A stretch of 64,000 bases of DNA from Felis catus (GCF_018350175.1 NC_058368.1:48114001-48178000); one strand, 5' to 3'. Counted from the stretch's first letter, positions 13,533 through 27,345 are shown. Translations and numbers: made by a program. Notes: generated from the letters alone by a model not told the origin.

Positions 13533-14189
13533 ATAGAACCCAAAGCAGTAGAACCTATCAATAGTTCTTTGATCTCCGTATATTCTGGTATATCAGTGAC
13601 CTACATGTATGGAGTCAAGAGCAGTTGGAGCCAGTAGAGTTCTGTGCTGAAAGCAGAGAGGGTGACTCATGGCTGATGAGCACTGTTCACTGGCAGCTTG
13701 ATTTTTAGAAATCAGTCTTATTTTCAGCTGATTTCCATAATTGTAAACATTTTAGTACCTTGCTTGGAGCCTTCCAGGCATATTCAGAAAATGAATTCGT
13801 GTAGTGTTTATTGACAGGACATAGCATTTGGCCCATCGAGTGGATTTTCTATTACTAATAGGAAAGAAGTTCTCATGGCAAGAAGAAACCTGCATATAAA
13901 TAAGTCAATTTAGTTCAAAGATCTTGACACAGTCCATAAAAATATTCTAATAGTGGACATGCTCAGGAAAAGATTTATGAGAATGAGAAATTATATTTTT
14001 ATTTTCATTCTCATTTTTTAAAAAGGGATAGTTTCTGCTATAAATCAAGAACAAATTCCAGAATAAAATGTCCATGAGTGGAATATTTAACATCTTCCGA
14101 ATCTAAGCTAACACTAGGACCTCTTAATTCCTTTTTCATGGTGGATCTTATTTTCCTTTTTATATCTGGAATCTATAAAAAAAATAATT

Positions 14190-14455
14190 TAACTGTATGT
14201 AGTTAACCATACAGTATTGTGCACTTCGAAATATGTTGAGATGATAGATCTCATGTCAAATGTCCTTCTAAACAACAATAGCAGCAAAAACAACACAAAA
14301 GAACACAAGGAAATTTTTGGAGGTAATGAATATGTTTAGTATTTAAGTTGTGATAGTATCACAGATGTATACATATGTTCAAACTCATCAAGATGTATAC
14401 ACTAAATGTGTGCAATTTTAAATATATCAATTATACCTCAATAAAGCTTAAAAAT
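14190..14455 (+). mobile_element. L1 3' end (L1MB/MC-like)
   Basis: Ends tatcaattatacctcaataaagct. Confidence 0.75.
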
Positions 14456-14699
14456 GAAACTGTGTTTAAGTCTACTTGACTTGATCAAATGGTAAATTTG
14501 ATATTCGGTAAGGACGACCGTTCAGTCGTCTTCTACCAGAAGCCTCAACCCCCTATTCTCCAATTCTAGAGCTTAGCCTACCTCAACCCTGTCTTACTGG
14601 CGTGATTGAGCCACAGGACATGCCATCCTGCAAATGGAGAGTATATTTCCAGTCATCCTAATAATAATCCATTAGAGCAGCCTAATTCATAAAATATTT

Positions 14700-15321
14700 T
14701 ATAGCTATAATACATGTGAATCCAGTGGAATTAAGGATGTGAATTTATACACAAAAGTGTAGGAGACACATACTGGGTTATCTGACCTCCCTTCTCTGGG
14801 ATTCATCCTTTACCTTCATTCACTCAGTCACAGGAGCAGGTTGCTGCCAACCATTTTTATACATTGTGAAAATGTCCAATAGACTCCAGTGTTACTGGTC
14901 CAGGGGTAGGCAACCGACATCAGCTAAGCCTAGCAGAGTCTTTCCTTGACCATTTTGAATGGAGCCCAAGAGATTCCAACCTTAATCTGGGCTGGTGAAA
15001 GGAGATATAAACACTTGGGTCATGTTTTCTGCCATATAAATCAGGGAACAGATAAAATAACTTGGAAAGATGGAGGAAAAGGAAGAGAAGCAGAAAGATG
15101 GGAAGAAAACTTTGGTGGGCAGTTGGGGGCTTTGGAGGGCCTCCCCATGACTATCCTCTTTCTGGCATATTGTGAATGTCCATAATATGTTTTCTTTAAT
15201 TCCCTTAGACCCCTCAGGATTATAGGGGTTTCCCAGTATTCATATTATAAGTCCTTTTTGCCCACATTACCTATGGCAGGTTCATTCATATGATTTGAAT
15301 TTCAAAGTCCTAACTAATACA
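14700..15321 (+). mobile_element. Degraded LTR (MaLR/ERVL-like)
   Basis: 3' terminus aaagtcctaactaataca resembles MLT/ERVL LTR ends; the 5' boundary is uncertain. Confidence 0.4.
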
Positions 15322-18294
15322 AGAAAAACAGTTAATCCTAAAATAAAATTTTCAAATGCATTAGAAGTAGAAGTTCATTAGCTATGTCCATTTTTCCTAT
15401 TCACGTCGTGCACATTACCTCTGTCTAACGAACTTGGGAATTCCAAGTCCTAGACTTGCTAAGTCCTTCTTGCCTACCTGCTCTTTCTTCTGCGTATAAT
15501 GCCTCCCATTTCCTACCTAACCATCAAAATCTGGGCCGAGACTCAGGTATTCCAAGAAGTCATCACAACTCAACCCAACTCATTCCACTTTCTTCCGAAT
15601 TGTGTTTTCCGCATCTCTCCACAGTCCAGAGACCACATTATATTATTTTGCATGTGTTTAACAGTTGCCTTAAATGTAATCTTAAAGTACTTTTTTCTTT
15701 GCTAATACTTTTTGTTGCCTTCAAAAAAGACAACAAACTATTTGACAAAAGAGACGAGGTATTTTATTCCCTATTTTACTGTTTAACTTTAAATAGCTCC
15801 AGTACTGTGAATTGCCTGCCACAGATACCATAAGTATCCATGGACTGTCTCTAGCAGATCCTAAATGAGTCATCAAAATCCCAATTCTACAAAACTAGAA
15901 AGAAATATTTGAAAGCTATTGGCATCAAGGAAATAAGATAGTGATGGCATCCAGAATGGCTAAAATGTTAACCAACTAGAGCTTACCTATGATGCGTTAC
16001 TTCACTCACAGATTCCCATTTCTAAAAGAGAAGCAGTGTTAGAGATCTAAATTCTTTTATGCATATGATATTTAGATGACTAACCACAGAACTCCCTCCT
16101 TCTAAATGAAGCAAAGTAGAGCTCTCCTAAGAATCTGGTGCCCTGGATTAGATTTTCAAGATCTCACTCATCAGGAGATGCAGTGAACGATAAATTCTGT
16201 AGAAAAAGCACACACTTGCAGAGAAAACACCAAAATTATGGAAAGAACGAGGTATCGTAACCTCTGAAAAAGTGTTTGAAAAACGTGTAGGGGGAAATCT
16301 TTTAGATTCTACTTTATAATCTACAGGGAGTCATTAAAAAATGGATCATCCCCTACTGATGAGACTATTCTTTAGTTATAAGTGTGTCCTAAGACATTTT
16401 TAAAATTCACCAGCAATTAGGAAATAATGCAAACTATGGTAGAAGAATTCTGATCTTCTATTTTTCAGAGGATCAGGAGGAAACTATTATATAGGGCTGA
16501 TAGAAATTTTCGCTATAGAGTCTTAATTTTTATGCTGTCACATGCCTTGAAGCCACTGGGATGAGAACATTTTTTTGCAAATCTAAAATAAATAACTGGA
16601 GTAGGCCTGTTACTCACAGAAAAACACAGTGTGTTTACATGAATACCTTTTCTACTTGATTCTTTTGACCTGAGAACTTGAGTGAAACTCTGAAAAAGCT
16701 GCCAAATTCCAAAGCTGGGAACAGACCCAGACCAGCATGACTTTTATTCTCCTCCTCTAAGTACCTGGAAACATTACCTCAAATAGATAGGGGTTAAAAT
16801 TTTACAATTTCATTTTACCAATCAATATTTGTGAAACTTTGTGACTGCATATGTACTAAGAATGACAAATTATTCTGTTTTAATCATCTGTTAGGTGTTA
16901 ACAGATTTAACTCAGCCAGTTTTTTTTTCCTTCTTCCTATTTCTCCTTCTCTGTCTTCTCAAATCTAGTCTTACTTGGATTTTTAACCTGTGTTTGCTTT
17001 TGCCCCAACATAGTTTGCTCTGTTGAATCTGCTTTTGCTCAAACTTGCAGACAACCAGTTTTCTCCCAATTGCATGTCACTTGTCATCTCTCAGTGTGAG
17101 GGCTTTCTGAAAATTTGCCTGGTTAGGAAAAGCCAGTAGGGAATAGGCAATTGTATCACCCACTGAAGGGAAGGCAGGTGGAAATCCAGTAGAGAAGCTA
17201 CACTGGCAGGGAGTTCTTCTGTGGCAGGGTAATGGCCATATCTACTCTTTTATTGTTGCTGCTCTGTGACCCTCCAGGCCTTCTTCTTTCCTGGAGTCTG
17301 CTCAGGTAATGGCCACTTTGCCCACTGACATGTCAATTGCTCTTCTATAGTCTTACCTCAATGCATTTGATTTAATGATCAACGCAGTGGACATACTTGC
17401 TGTCTGAATCAGAGGGTACTTTACCACTTTTTAAAGCAACAATTCATTACTCTTCCCAAATTACAGACCTGTTGGCTAAATGGACATCCATCAAAGGGCT
17501 TGCCTGGTTCTTACTTGAACAACCATAAGTTGGGATTTTTCTGGCCAAAGTTTCATATAAGGAGCCTTGGAGTTTTCAGGCAAAGCCATCCCACTGCAGT
17601 CTACCAACTCTTAGTCAATGTGAGGAAAATCTTTCAAAGATAACTGTTCTCTCTTCAAGAATAAAGCTCCAGAATAGTCACTACTCAATTCCCCTCTCCC
17701 TTCCTCCCTGACTCTCCTGTCTTAACCTGTCTCATGAGAAGGTCATGAACAATTAGACATTTCTTATGATGTACTTCTGGCTTAGGTAAGACATAATAAT
17801 GAACATGCAACCGTTCAGCCTTAAAATAACCTAAATAAGCAAAATGTAACTTTGACTCCACAAACAACATTTATTTTCCTTTTTCTCTTCTTTATATCCT
17901 CTTAGATTGACCCATTTCATAGCACCATTCCAGCTGAAATATTTTTTTCCACATTGGTTTTATGGTTCTCATATTTTGTGAATGAGCTGCCATTTTTTGG
18001 TGTATATCAGATTTCAAATTTTTTAAAAATAAAATTATCTAATTTGCTCTTTTAATAAAATTTTGACCTACCATGCCTATAATAATATTTTCCCCATGTG
18101 GGTCATCATACTCTTTATAATAGGAAGAAATAACTTTCAGATGCAGGGAGCTTTTGGAATGTAAGTTTGAGTCTTTTAGAAATTCAAATAACCCCAACTT
18201 TTGGATGCAAACAAAATAGAGAGACTTGCAAATGTTCATGACTCATAATAGAAATGTGCCCTTTCATCCAAAGAATTTTTCAGCATTTAAAAAA

Positions 18295-19090
18295 TGCTGG
18301 TGAGAATGCAAAATGGTACAGCATCTTTGTAAGATAGTTTGGCAGTTCCTTACAAAGCTAAACATACTCTTATCATATCATACAGCAATTGTGTTCCTTA
18401 GTATTTACCCAAATGAATCAAAAGCTTATGTCCATAGAGAAGCTTGCACACAAATGTGGATAGCAGGTCTACTCGTTATTGCTAAAACTTGGAATCCACG
18501 AAGATGTCCTTCGAGAGGGGACTGTATAAACAATCTGTAGTATCTACATACAATGGAAAATCATTCAGCAATAGAAAGAAAGGAGCTACTAAGTCACAAA
18601 GAGGGATGGAGGGAACTTAAGTACATGTTGCTAAGTGGAAGAAGCCAGTCAGAAAAGGCTAAATGCTTCCAACTATATAACATTCTGGAAAAGCCAAGAC
18701 TATGAAATAGTAAAAGGCTGGTCAGAAATTTAGAGGAAGGGAAAGAGGGATGAAAAGGTGGAGCACAGGGCATTTTTAGGGCAGTGAAACTATTGCTGTG
18801 TATAACAATACCGTAATGGTGGGTACATGTTATTATACATTTGTCAAAACCCACAGAATGTACAAAAAATCAGAATGAAGCCTAATGCACTTTAGTAAAT
18901 AATACCTTAGTATTGGCTCATCCATTGTAACAAATACACATACCACAGTGATGCAAGTCGTTAATAGCAGGAGAAACTTGGGGCAGTGAAGGATGGGATG
19001 GCGAATGAACGAGAACTTTCTGCTCAATTTTTCTGTAAACCTAAAACTGCTCTAAAAAATAAATTCTATTAACTGAAAACAAAACAAAAA
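18295..19090 (+). mobile_element. L1MC-like 3' end
   Basis: gagaatgcaaaatggtacagc...tttggcagtt at the start and ctgtaaacctaaaactgctctaaaaaataaa at the end. Confidence 0.85.
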
Positions 19091-20471
19091 TGAGCTTGCC
19101 TTTTCTGGACTATGGCAGAGTAAGAAAGTCTTTAAGGGCTTGCAAGGACACTTTCTGTAACTTCATGGCCCCTCCTCAGTCAAATACTGGAGAGAACCGG
19201 CAGCAATCAGCCAGTGCGTCTCTGGTGCCAATCTCTTTGCTAGGTGCTTTCCATGTATTACCTCAGTGGAGCCCTGTAAGGGAAGTATTGCATGAGGCGT
19301 TGAGTTTTAGATTAAGTAATTTGCCCAAGGCCACAGCAACGGTTAAAACCACATGGGCCTTGGAAACCAGTGCCATAGCAAGGTCTATGACTACCATGTC
19401 CCCATCCCAAGGTTCCCCTACTGGGCAGGGTACAGCTGAGATGGGGGGGGGGTCTCTCCCTGAGGTAGCTGTGAGCTCCTGAGTCAGAGGGAAAACATAG
19501 AACACTTATGTGGAAGGCCTCTGTAGATATCTGGCATTAATATTATATAATACACTTGCAGTATTTGCAACATCCTTTATGACGCTCTCAGGATATTTTT
19601 ATTACAATTATGGGTAACGGCCCCTGAAAGGTAATGCCCGCAGTTCTCAATTTACCCAAGCAACTACCATATTCTTTTCTTTACTTCTGCTCTTACATTA
19701 AAAAAAAATTTCAGGGCTTACATATTACCTTTGCTAATTTTGAAAGGCAAACCTAGAGAATCAAAAGCTCAAATAGCTCACTTTAAAAGCACTTGAGAAC
19801 AGGAGAAAGTTTTACGTGATTACATTAATAGCAGTGACAAATGCATGTAAAACACTTAACCATGGTCTGTGATGCAAAGAAAACCCATTTAGGTGTCATT
19901 CATCTTTTTTACATTAGTACAAGGAGTACTGTCTGCTTTATCTTCTCAGACAACACCGGAATTAGAATGCTGCGTTTTCCAGAAGCCAGCTTCCTAACTT
20001 GTATTTGTAGCACCTTTCTGCAGAAATGGTTAAGACTCTGAAACCCCAAATACAATACAAAATCTTTTTTTCCTTCCAATTTCATCTCTCTAAAAAAAAA
20101 AAAAATTATAGGGAAACACTTTCCCATTGAAGGGACATAATATTTATTTACCAATTGGTTATCTCTAGTATTTTTCCTCCAGAGGAGATAAACTATGCAA
20201 AATAAACCAGAAGTCCTGATAAGCTCTTTCCAAACTGGGAATCGTGAACAGAAGAGAAATAGGAGATAGAAAAGAAATGAGTGATGGGGTGTGGGGAAAC
20301 GGCATGAGGGAGGGAGGAGGCAAATGAAGAAGGGACAGAGGGGTGAGAAATGGTCGCTTTGAACATGCTTCCCACATGCCCTAAACCCAGCTGCTTTCAG
20401 TTATGGACTTGTGCAGCATTAAATCTTCAAGAAACTTTAACAATTGTCACCACCGCCACCACCCCACAACC

Positions 20472-20535
20472 ATACACATGCTCACACACACTCACATGAG
20501 CATACACACTCACACGGGCACACACACACACACTC
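20472..20535. repeat. Imperfect (CA)n
   Basis: Visible CA run. Confidence 0.8.
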
Positions 20536-22154
20536 ATGTTCCACAGATGAGAGAAACTATATGATATGGTGAAAAAAATGTTTTTTATTGACTATCAGGA
20601 GACCTGCCTCTAATTAACTAATGATCTTGGCAGGTTACTTGATTGCCCCAACCTTCCATTTCTATACTGGAAAGAATAGGGGTTGGGCTTGCAGATTCCA
20701 TCATCCCTTTCATCTCTGGCTTATCTGCAAATCAGCCCTGGAGAAGTTACTTGTGCAAAAGCCATACAGCTAGTTAGAGGCAGGGCCAAGGTAGATGGAG
20801 GGTCCCTGAGGAATCTTTAAGGTTTTTATAGCTTCCTTTGGGTGGAATAGTTTGTGAAGATGTTTATTCCATGGGCTATCGCAGGCACCCATCTTTCTGA
20901 GCTGCCCTGTGTTTCTCTAAACCTCTTTACAGTTTGGTCGTCTATTTACAAATTTTCCTTGGCGGGTCAAGTCAGCCTGTATAAGATATCCCAGTACTAG
21001 CAGCCTGGATCATTTCTGCAGTGAAAGTGAGAAGCATAGAAAAGAGCAGTGTGTTTACTAATGAGAGCAGGAAGACTGTGGCTCACTAGAGCAGAAAGGC
21101 AATCGGGCAGGTAAGTGCTTCAGCACGCAAGGGGTAGAGAATCAGACCTTCTGTCTCCCTGCACCTTATCCCATCCCCCACAGCTGTGCAGAGAGACTCT
21201 GGGACTCAGTGGACAGGAGATCCAATGTTGGCTGTCTCTCCTCTCTGCCCTCCAAATACACATTTAAAGACTCCCAAAGGGATTTCTTGCAAACTTAAAT
21301 TTCTGATGTGGAAGGAAGTGTTTCCAGATATTAAAAAAAAAAAAGCACAACAAGCTCCAACATCACACAAAAGAAAAGAAAACATTTAGGTTTGAAACCT
21401 TGAAGGAATATTAAATAAGAGATAGAATTTTGGTTATGCCAGATATGAATGCCAGTACTATAGGAAAGAACCTCATAAAACATATCAAGCCCAGGCAAAA
21501 ATAAAACAAGCAAAAATAGAATATCATTTGAACTATAGCAGGCCCATAAGTTCAGCTCCAAAATTACAAGCCAACACACATACCATATTGTGCAACTGAG
21601 CCTGAAAAGGGGGAAATTAGCAATAAACCAAAAAGCTTTTAAAAGTAACATAGTGAAGTAGAAGAAAACCCCACAAAGCTACAAAATTCAGAATAAGTAC
21701 TATCTGGGAAGAAACAGCAACAAATTATGCGATTTTCCTTTTTAAAGATTTTGGATCGCAGAGTACATCTAAGACAGTGGATGAGTCAATATGGGTGGGT
21801 AGGTTCAGTGTGTTTGACAAATAAGTTTTGCTTCTCACCAGGACATTTGGATACTACATAAATAGAAACCTTCTTTTCATCTCGAGAAGCATAAGGAAGT
21901 GCTTTCTCAGAGTGAATATTTTCCTCAAATCACTTGGAAAAGAGAAAGAACATTTATTTCCATGTTTCTCCTATCTAGCAAACTCTATTGACCTTAGGTT
22001 GAACTCGAAAACATTGTTCTCGTGCAGCCTCTCTATAAATTCCAAACTTGCCTTGCTTTACCACCTGTCCCTGGTCCTAGAAACATCATCTCTTACACTA
22101 CCTCCTACACTTAAGAGTGGTTTTTTGTTCCGTGGAGGCGGGGGGTAGACTCAC

Positions 22155-23214
22155 CTCTGGTGGCAGTTCCCCGGGTGAAGTTGGGCGTGTGCAACAAGAG
22201 CCTGCAGCCAGCCTCCCAACAAAATTCTGGGAGACGCAGGGGGTTTGTGAAGGCTGAGGGGGCTATGGGTGCTGAATGCTGGGAAGACAGACCGTTGGTC
22301 GCCTTGGCAGCTAGTTGTTAAATACGATGCTCTTTTTGCTTGGTGGAGCTCATAGCCCATACTTTCTGGAGCCCTGGGAGAACAGAGGACCCTTCTGACA
22401 CTTGTGTGAAGACCAGGACCCAGTGCACTGTTGGCCATACTGGGCTGCTGTGCTTCTGGAATGCTGGACTCTGGTCACATTCGTCCCCGCCCTGCATAGA
22501 AAGCAGTGGCAGGCAGCCTCCCCCACCCCCCCCCCCCCCCCCGCAACCACCCGTTGCCAAGTCTCGAAGTTTGTAGCACAGGAGGTGGGGGTGTGTTTTT
22601 GGAAGGTGAAACTCTACTCTCCAGTTACTTACCTGCTACTTACCTGCAGCATTCAGAGTCCTTCGCAATTTAAAATTCAAATTTGCCCTTCACAGTTGGT
22701 GTTATTAGACTTATTTCAAAAAGGGAGAGAGGGAAGATGAATATAAATATGCCCTAAAGAATGAAAGGAATTGTCTGAAGGAAACAGATCAGGGCCTTGT
22801 GTTTTCTAATTTATTTGTTTCTCTGCTACTATTCTCTCTGAGTTTTCTCTCACTTAGTTTCTGACCCACACTTGGATCTAGAATACAGATCAGTATCCTT
22901 AGAAGGAAACTGAATAATTAAAGGTCATTCAATATACTGTCATTCTTTTATATAACCTCCAAGGGAAAGGCACTTAGGGCTAACAATGCCGTATGGTTCA
23001 ATCTTGTAAAAGTAGAATTATCATTGTAATCCTAGAATACCGAGCTTTCTACTCGGTGTAGGCCCTCATGACCATTCTTAACTAGTTGCCTTTATGTTTA
23101 TTTGCCAGGGTATGTAATAGGGTGAACGTTCTAAGGCATTTTATTTTTCCAAAGAGCCAGTTGGAAAATCTCAAATATCTGTACTTAATTGCCAAATGTA
23201 CATATAATTGGTAA

Positions 23215-23254
<40 letters not shown>

Positions 23255-24050
23255 TTACTGCCAAATAAATGTGTCTGTGTATATGTTTGATTTATGATAA
23301 AAATATTTTTCCTATGCCACATTCTCTTTTTAATAAACTCAGACTTTCTCTTGGATCAAATCTTAAGTAGGAGATACATTCGAATTTAGTTGTTATTCAC
23401 CTATTAAATATAGAAATTCCATGAATATTGAATACTCCATACGTGTGGTGTTGTACATGCGAATCCCATGGGTTTCATAAGGTGGTCCTTTCTTGCTCAC
23501 CTGTAGAAGTATGGGGGGAAGGTGGAGCCACATACATGCCTATTACCTCAGTTGGGGAATGTCTGGTTGAACAGAACAGCAAGAGTTCTCTACTTTGGGG
23601 CAGGGAGCATGAGCTGAATGAAGGGGAAGCTGGGATTTAAGCTGCCCTAACAAATCTAGACACTGTAGCTCTAAGTTGGGTCATGTACAGTAGAAATGTT
23701 TGATTCTATATTAGTTGCTGCTTCCTGTCTGGAGGGATCCTGGCATTTTTCACAGGATGCTCCTCATAGAAATTAAAATATTTGTATTACAAACTTAAGA
23801 GTGTTTGGAACACAGTTGAAGAGCCTCTGTGCTACACGTGACTTACTCAAGCACTTGGACCACCTCTGACCCTACACAAGGACTGACCCTGAGCAAGGAC
23901 TGCCAGCCTCCTTATCTCGCAGCGCACTGGTTGGAATCCAAACCATAAGCAGCCCTGGGTAAGCACCTTGCAAAGCCGGAGAGATTGGTCTTTTCTCCCA
24001 TCTTGATCAATTCTATTCAATACTCTAGGTATCGAATAAATCAATAAAAA
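22155..24050 (-). promoter_or_regulatory. Putative alternative-promoter / non-coding exon cluster
   Basis: Minus-strand donors GAG|GTGAGT (exon end 22155), CAG|GTAAGT twice (22644, 22633) and TGA|GTAAGT (23847). Locally raised GC/CpG, an X-box-like site, GATA, CCAAT and E-box motifs. Confidence 0.35.
23218..23252. repeat. (TA)n microsatellite
   Basis: Perfect TA run. Confidence 0.95.
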
Positions 24051-24174
24051 AAGACACTGTCAATGAGCTTTTAAAAGTCCCTTGTATAATGATCAGAGTT
24101 GCTCAGAGTATGAAGCATGAATCTGGTGATTTCATATATGCGTTTTTGCTTATTATTATTATTATTAAATTATT

Positions 24175-24391
24175 TGTTAATGTTTACTTATTTTTGAGAG
24201 AGAGAGAGAGAGAGAGAGAGAGCATGAGGAGGGGAGGGGCAGAGAGAGAGAGGGAGACACAGAATCTGAAGGAGGCTCCAGGCTCTGAGCTGTCAGCGCA
24301 GAGCCTGATGCGGGTCTGGAACTCATGAAACAGGAGATCATGACTTGAGCTGAAATCGGACACCCAACCGACTGAGTCACCCATGTACCCC
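24175..24391 (-). mobile_element. Can-SINE
   Basis: Antisense body with (GA)n tract, flanked by attattatt. Confidence 0.93.
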
Positions 24392-25119
24392 ATTATTATT
24401 TAAAAAAAATATATAAAAAAGAAAAGCTGATTGTTTTTCAGCTTTGTCTCCAACTACTTTGTGTGCAGCTGCATATCTTAGCCACGCCTGCCACCATTCA
24501 GAAATCATCCTTTTATTGGCCCCAGTTAAAACGTTCATTCTCTGATAATTAAAGTAATTCAAGTTAGGATGAGAATAAAGTTTAACTCCATCCATTTAAA
24601 GGAGTTTGTGACCATAAATCAATCTTTAATTATTGGAACACACAGTGAAGTGGCAGGCATTCTTAATTTCCTCACAAGCTCTCTGGGACTCTCTTTACCT
24701 ATTTATCTCATTTTTCAGGGAGTAGACTATAAGGAAACAGTTTTTCTGTGCCAGAAAATCTTAAAAGCTTCCCTCTCCTTCCTTTTTGGAATCCCTGTGT
24801 TTCTTCCCAGCTTTGGGAAGAAAAGAGTCACCAATTTGAGAGAGTGTGTATTGGGCAGAGGTAGCTTGACTTCTCAAAACCGAAGTCTGAATTGAGTGAG
24901 CGGTGCTTTTGTTCTAGCCCTTATGAAATTGTCTGGAGAGACTTACTTTTGGGTTAAAGGCATCAAAATGTCTGGAAGCTCAACAACATGCTCAAAAATG
25001 GAGACAGTGACCATAATAGGGAGTTAAACCAGCTGGCCTCCGCTCAAGGCTGCTGCTCAGTTGATCACTGGCGGCATGGCGGTATAATGGTGTGCTGAGT
25101 GTAGCTGTACAGCTAAAAA

Positions 25120-25315
25120 CAAAATGGTGTTTGGTACATGAAAGACTTAGGTTTAAATCCCAATTTGGCCACTTCCCGGGAGGGTGATTCTGTGCTGATT
25201 ACTGAAGCTCTCTGAATTGTCTCTGTTTCCTCATCTATAAAATGGGCTATTAACCCTAGTTCAAAGAGGTTGATGTGCCAGGGAAATGAGACGTGAAAGT
25301 TGCTGAGCACATAGA
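25120..25315 (+). mobile_element. MIR
   Basis: ctctgtttcctcatctataaaatggg core. Confidence 0.75.
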
Positions 25316-25664
25316 ATCCCATTTTTAAGAACTGGTCTGAAATTAAATAGATGGCCCTGAACTGTGGTTTCTCTAAGACATTTCTCAGGCTCCTACCCTG
25401 CCACATGATTTTGGATTTTGATTTAGGGGAGTCCAGAGGTTAACTCTGTCTCTCCACCCCAGGGAAGGGGCGGGGGGTAGGGAAAAGAGAAGGCCGGGGT
25501 TATCTCCACATTTAGTCTGGCCCCAAATCTGTAACATGAAGCCAGGCTTCCCCAGGAATTCAGAAATCCTTGCAGGACCACTTCCACCCTCCAGGACCCC
25601 TGCTGTCTCAGAAGCAAAGCTGGGGGTCAAATCTTAGGGCTGTCTCTTGTATCTTTTTTGTCAG

Positions 25665-25813
25665 GATCAAATCTCTGTTCCTGCTGCACATTAGAAACTC
25701 ATATGGAACTTAAAAAAACACTAATAACAAGGCTTTAATAACCCTGACTTAAATGGTCTGGGTTAGGGCCTGAGCAACAGTAGTTTTTTAATTATTATTA
25801 TTTTAGAGGGAGA

Positions 25814-25844
<31 letters not shown>

Positions 25845-26030
25845 GGAGAATCTTAAGCAGGCTCAATGCTTAGTGCAGAGCCCAACACAGGGCTCCATCC
25901 CACAACCTTGAGATCATGACTTGAGCTGAAATCAAGAGTCGGCTGCCTAATTGACTGAGCCACTGAGGCTCAGTAATTTCTTTTAACTGCCTCTAGTGAT
26001 CCTAGTGTGCAGCCAGAGCCGAGAATTCCT
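25665..26030. mobile_element. MER5-like hAT MITE split by a Can-SINE
   Basis: ctgcacattagaa...ggtctgggttagggcctgagc before the SINE and gtgatcctagtgtgcagccag after it. Confidence 0.6.
25787..25970 (-). mobile_element. Can-SINE
   Basis: Antisense body, flanked by cagta[g/a]ttt. Confidence 0.9.
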
Positions 26031-27249
26031 CCAGATATTGCAGATCGAAGTGATCTGGAGATGCTGGGGTCAAGGTTGCAGCAGGAGGGGTCTGATGAAC
26101 TGATGCTGGAGAGCCCTCCCTCTCTCAGGTGCTTCTGTCATTGAGGCAAGGGCAGGAGAGAAGGAAATGGGGTAAAATGAGCTCCACCTGGAATAAGTCC
26201 TGGGCAATGATAAGCAGCCCTTTCTTGTCTGCTTGTGGGTTCTGATTTTCTGAGTAGCTGTTGAATAACAGAACACTGCAGATTTTTTACAACATAACTC
26301 CAGAAGCCTCATTTAAGCTGATATCATTATGGACTTTTAAATCTCCTGCCTACATTTAGTTCCTTTATTTCTGAATTAAGAAGTACTTAAAATGTAATGA
26401 CTTGCTTGAATTGCTTGTTCTCTAATGGTGGTTACAGAGCTGTTCTCTTTAAACCTCTGCACACGGAGGATATTTTGATCAAGTCAGAGAGAGCAACATG
26501 AAAGCATTAAAATTATGGGAACAGAACCAACATGTCTTGATTTCCAGTCCTCTCTGTCAATTAAACCACATAATAAAACTCAGAGAGGGCTATTCCTCTC
26601 CTTGAAATAGTGAGATGTACATGTCTTTTCTCTTCCTTTTACTGACAGATCTCTGACCAGCCATAATGACCACATTTCTTTTCTGCCTCATCTGATGAAA
26701 ACCCTTCTCGCCCAATGAAATCCAATAATCCAATTTTTACTTTCATTCTTGTTTATTTCCAGCCCCAAATAAACGGAGTATCCTTTTGCTAGATACCATG
26801 GCTCCCCTAGGTGGCTAGATACTGCCTCTCCTTCCCAATGAACAAAGCCTCCAACTGAGTAAATAGTAATCTTAAGCATCGTAAGAGAACAGAAAAAATA
26901 TTTACTCGCCATTGGTAAATAATTCAGAGCCACCTTAAGGACTATATAAAAACCAAAATTTAATGCAAAAATAAATATTTCTGACTTAGGAATCTGCACA
27001 AGGAGTGGATTCATTTAACTACCTGATCCCAGATCAAAGGGCTTCACTGTCCTTATACTACCCACCCTCACCTCCAAAAGATATTAATATCAATTGTCAG
27101 GGAGAAAATTTATAACATGGAGTTCTGATATAGCCAGGATGGATTTAATTACCTTCAGTCAATTTGGGCAGGAGAGCATAAGGGTAGTCGTGAAAATAAG
27201 CTCCTACTAAATCAGGACCTGTATCTAATCCTAATGACAGAAGGGCTAA

Positions 27250-27345
27250 CGAAAAGGAGGAAATTCTAACGTCTAACTTGCAGATGACAACTGTCATAGG
27301 AGCCGTGGGTGACATTCCCATAGAGGAGAGGATTTCAGAAAGCAA
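27250..27345 (+). mobile_element. CR1/L3 reverse-transcriptase remnant
   Basis: ttgcagatgacaac...gaggatttcagaaag resembles the CR1 FADDTKL...RIQKDL motif. Confidence 0.45.

Noticed and set aside
21022..21116. Plus-strand AG...CAG|GTAAGT segment
   Set aside because: Stops in all frames and no supporting neighbouring exons.
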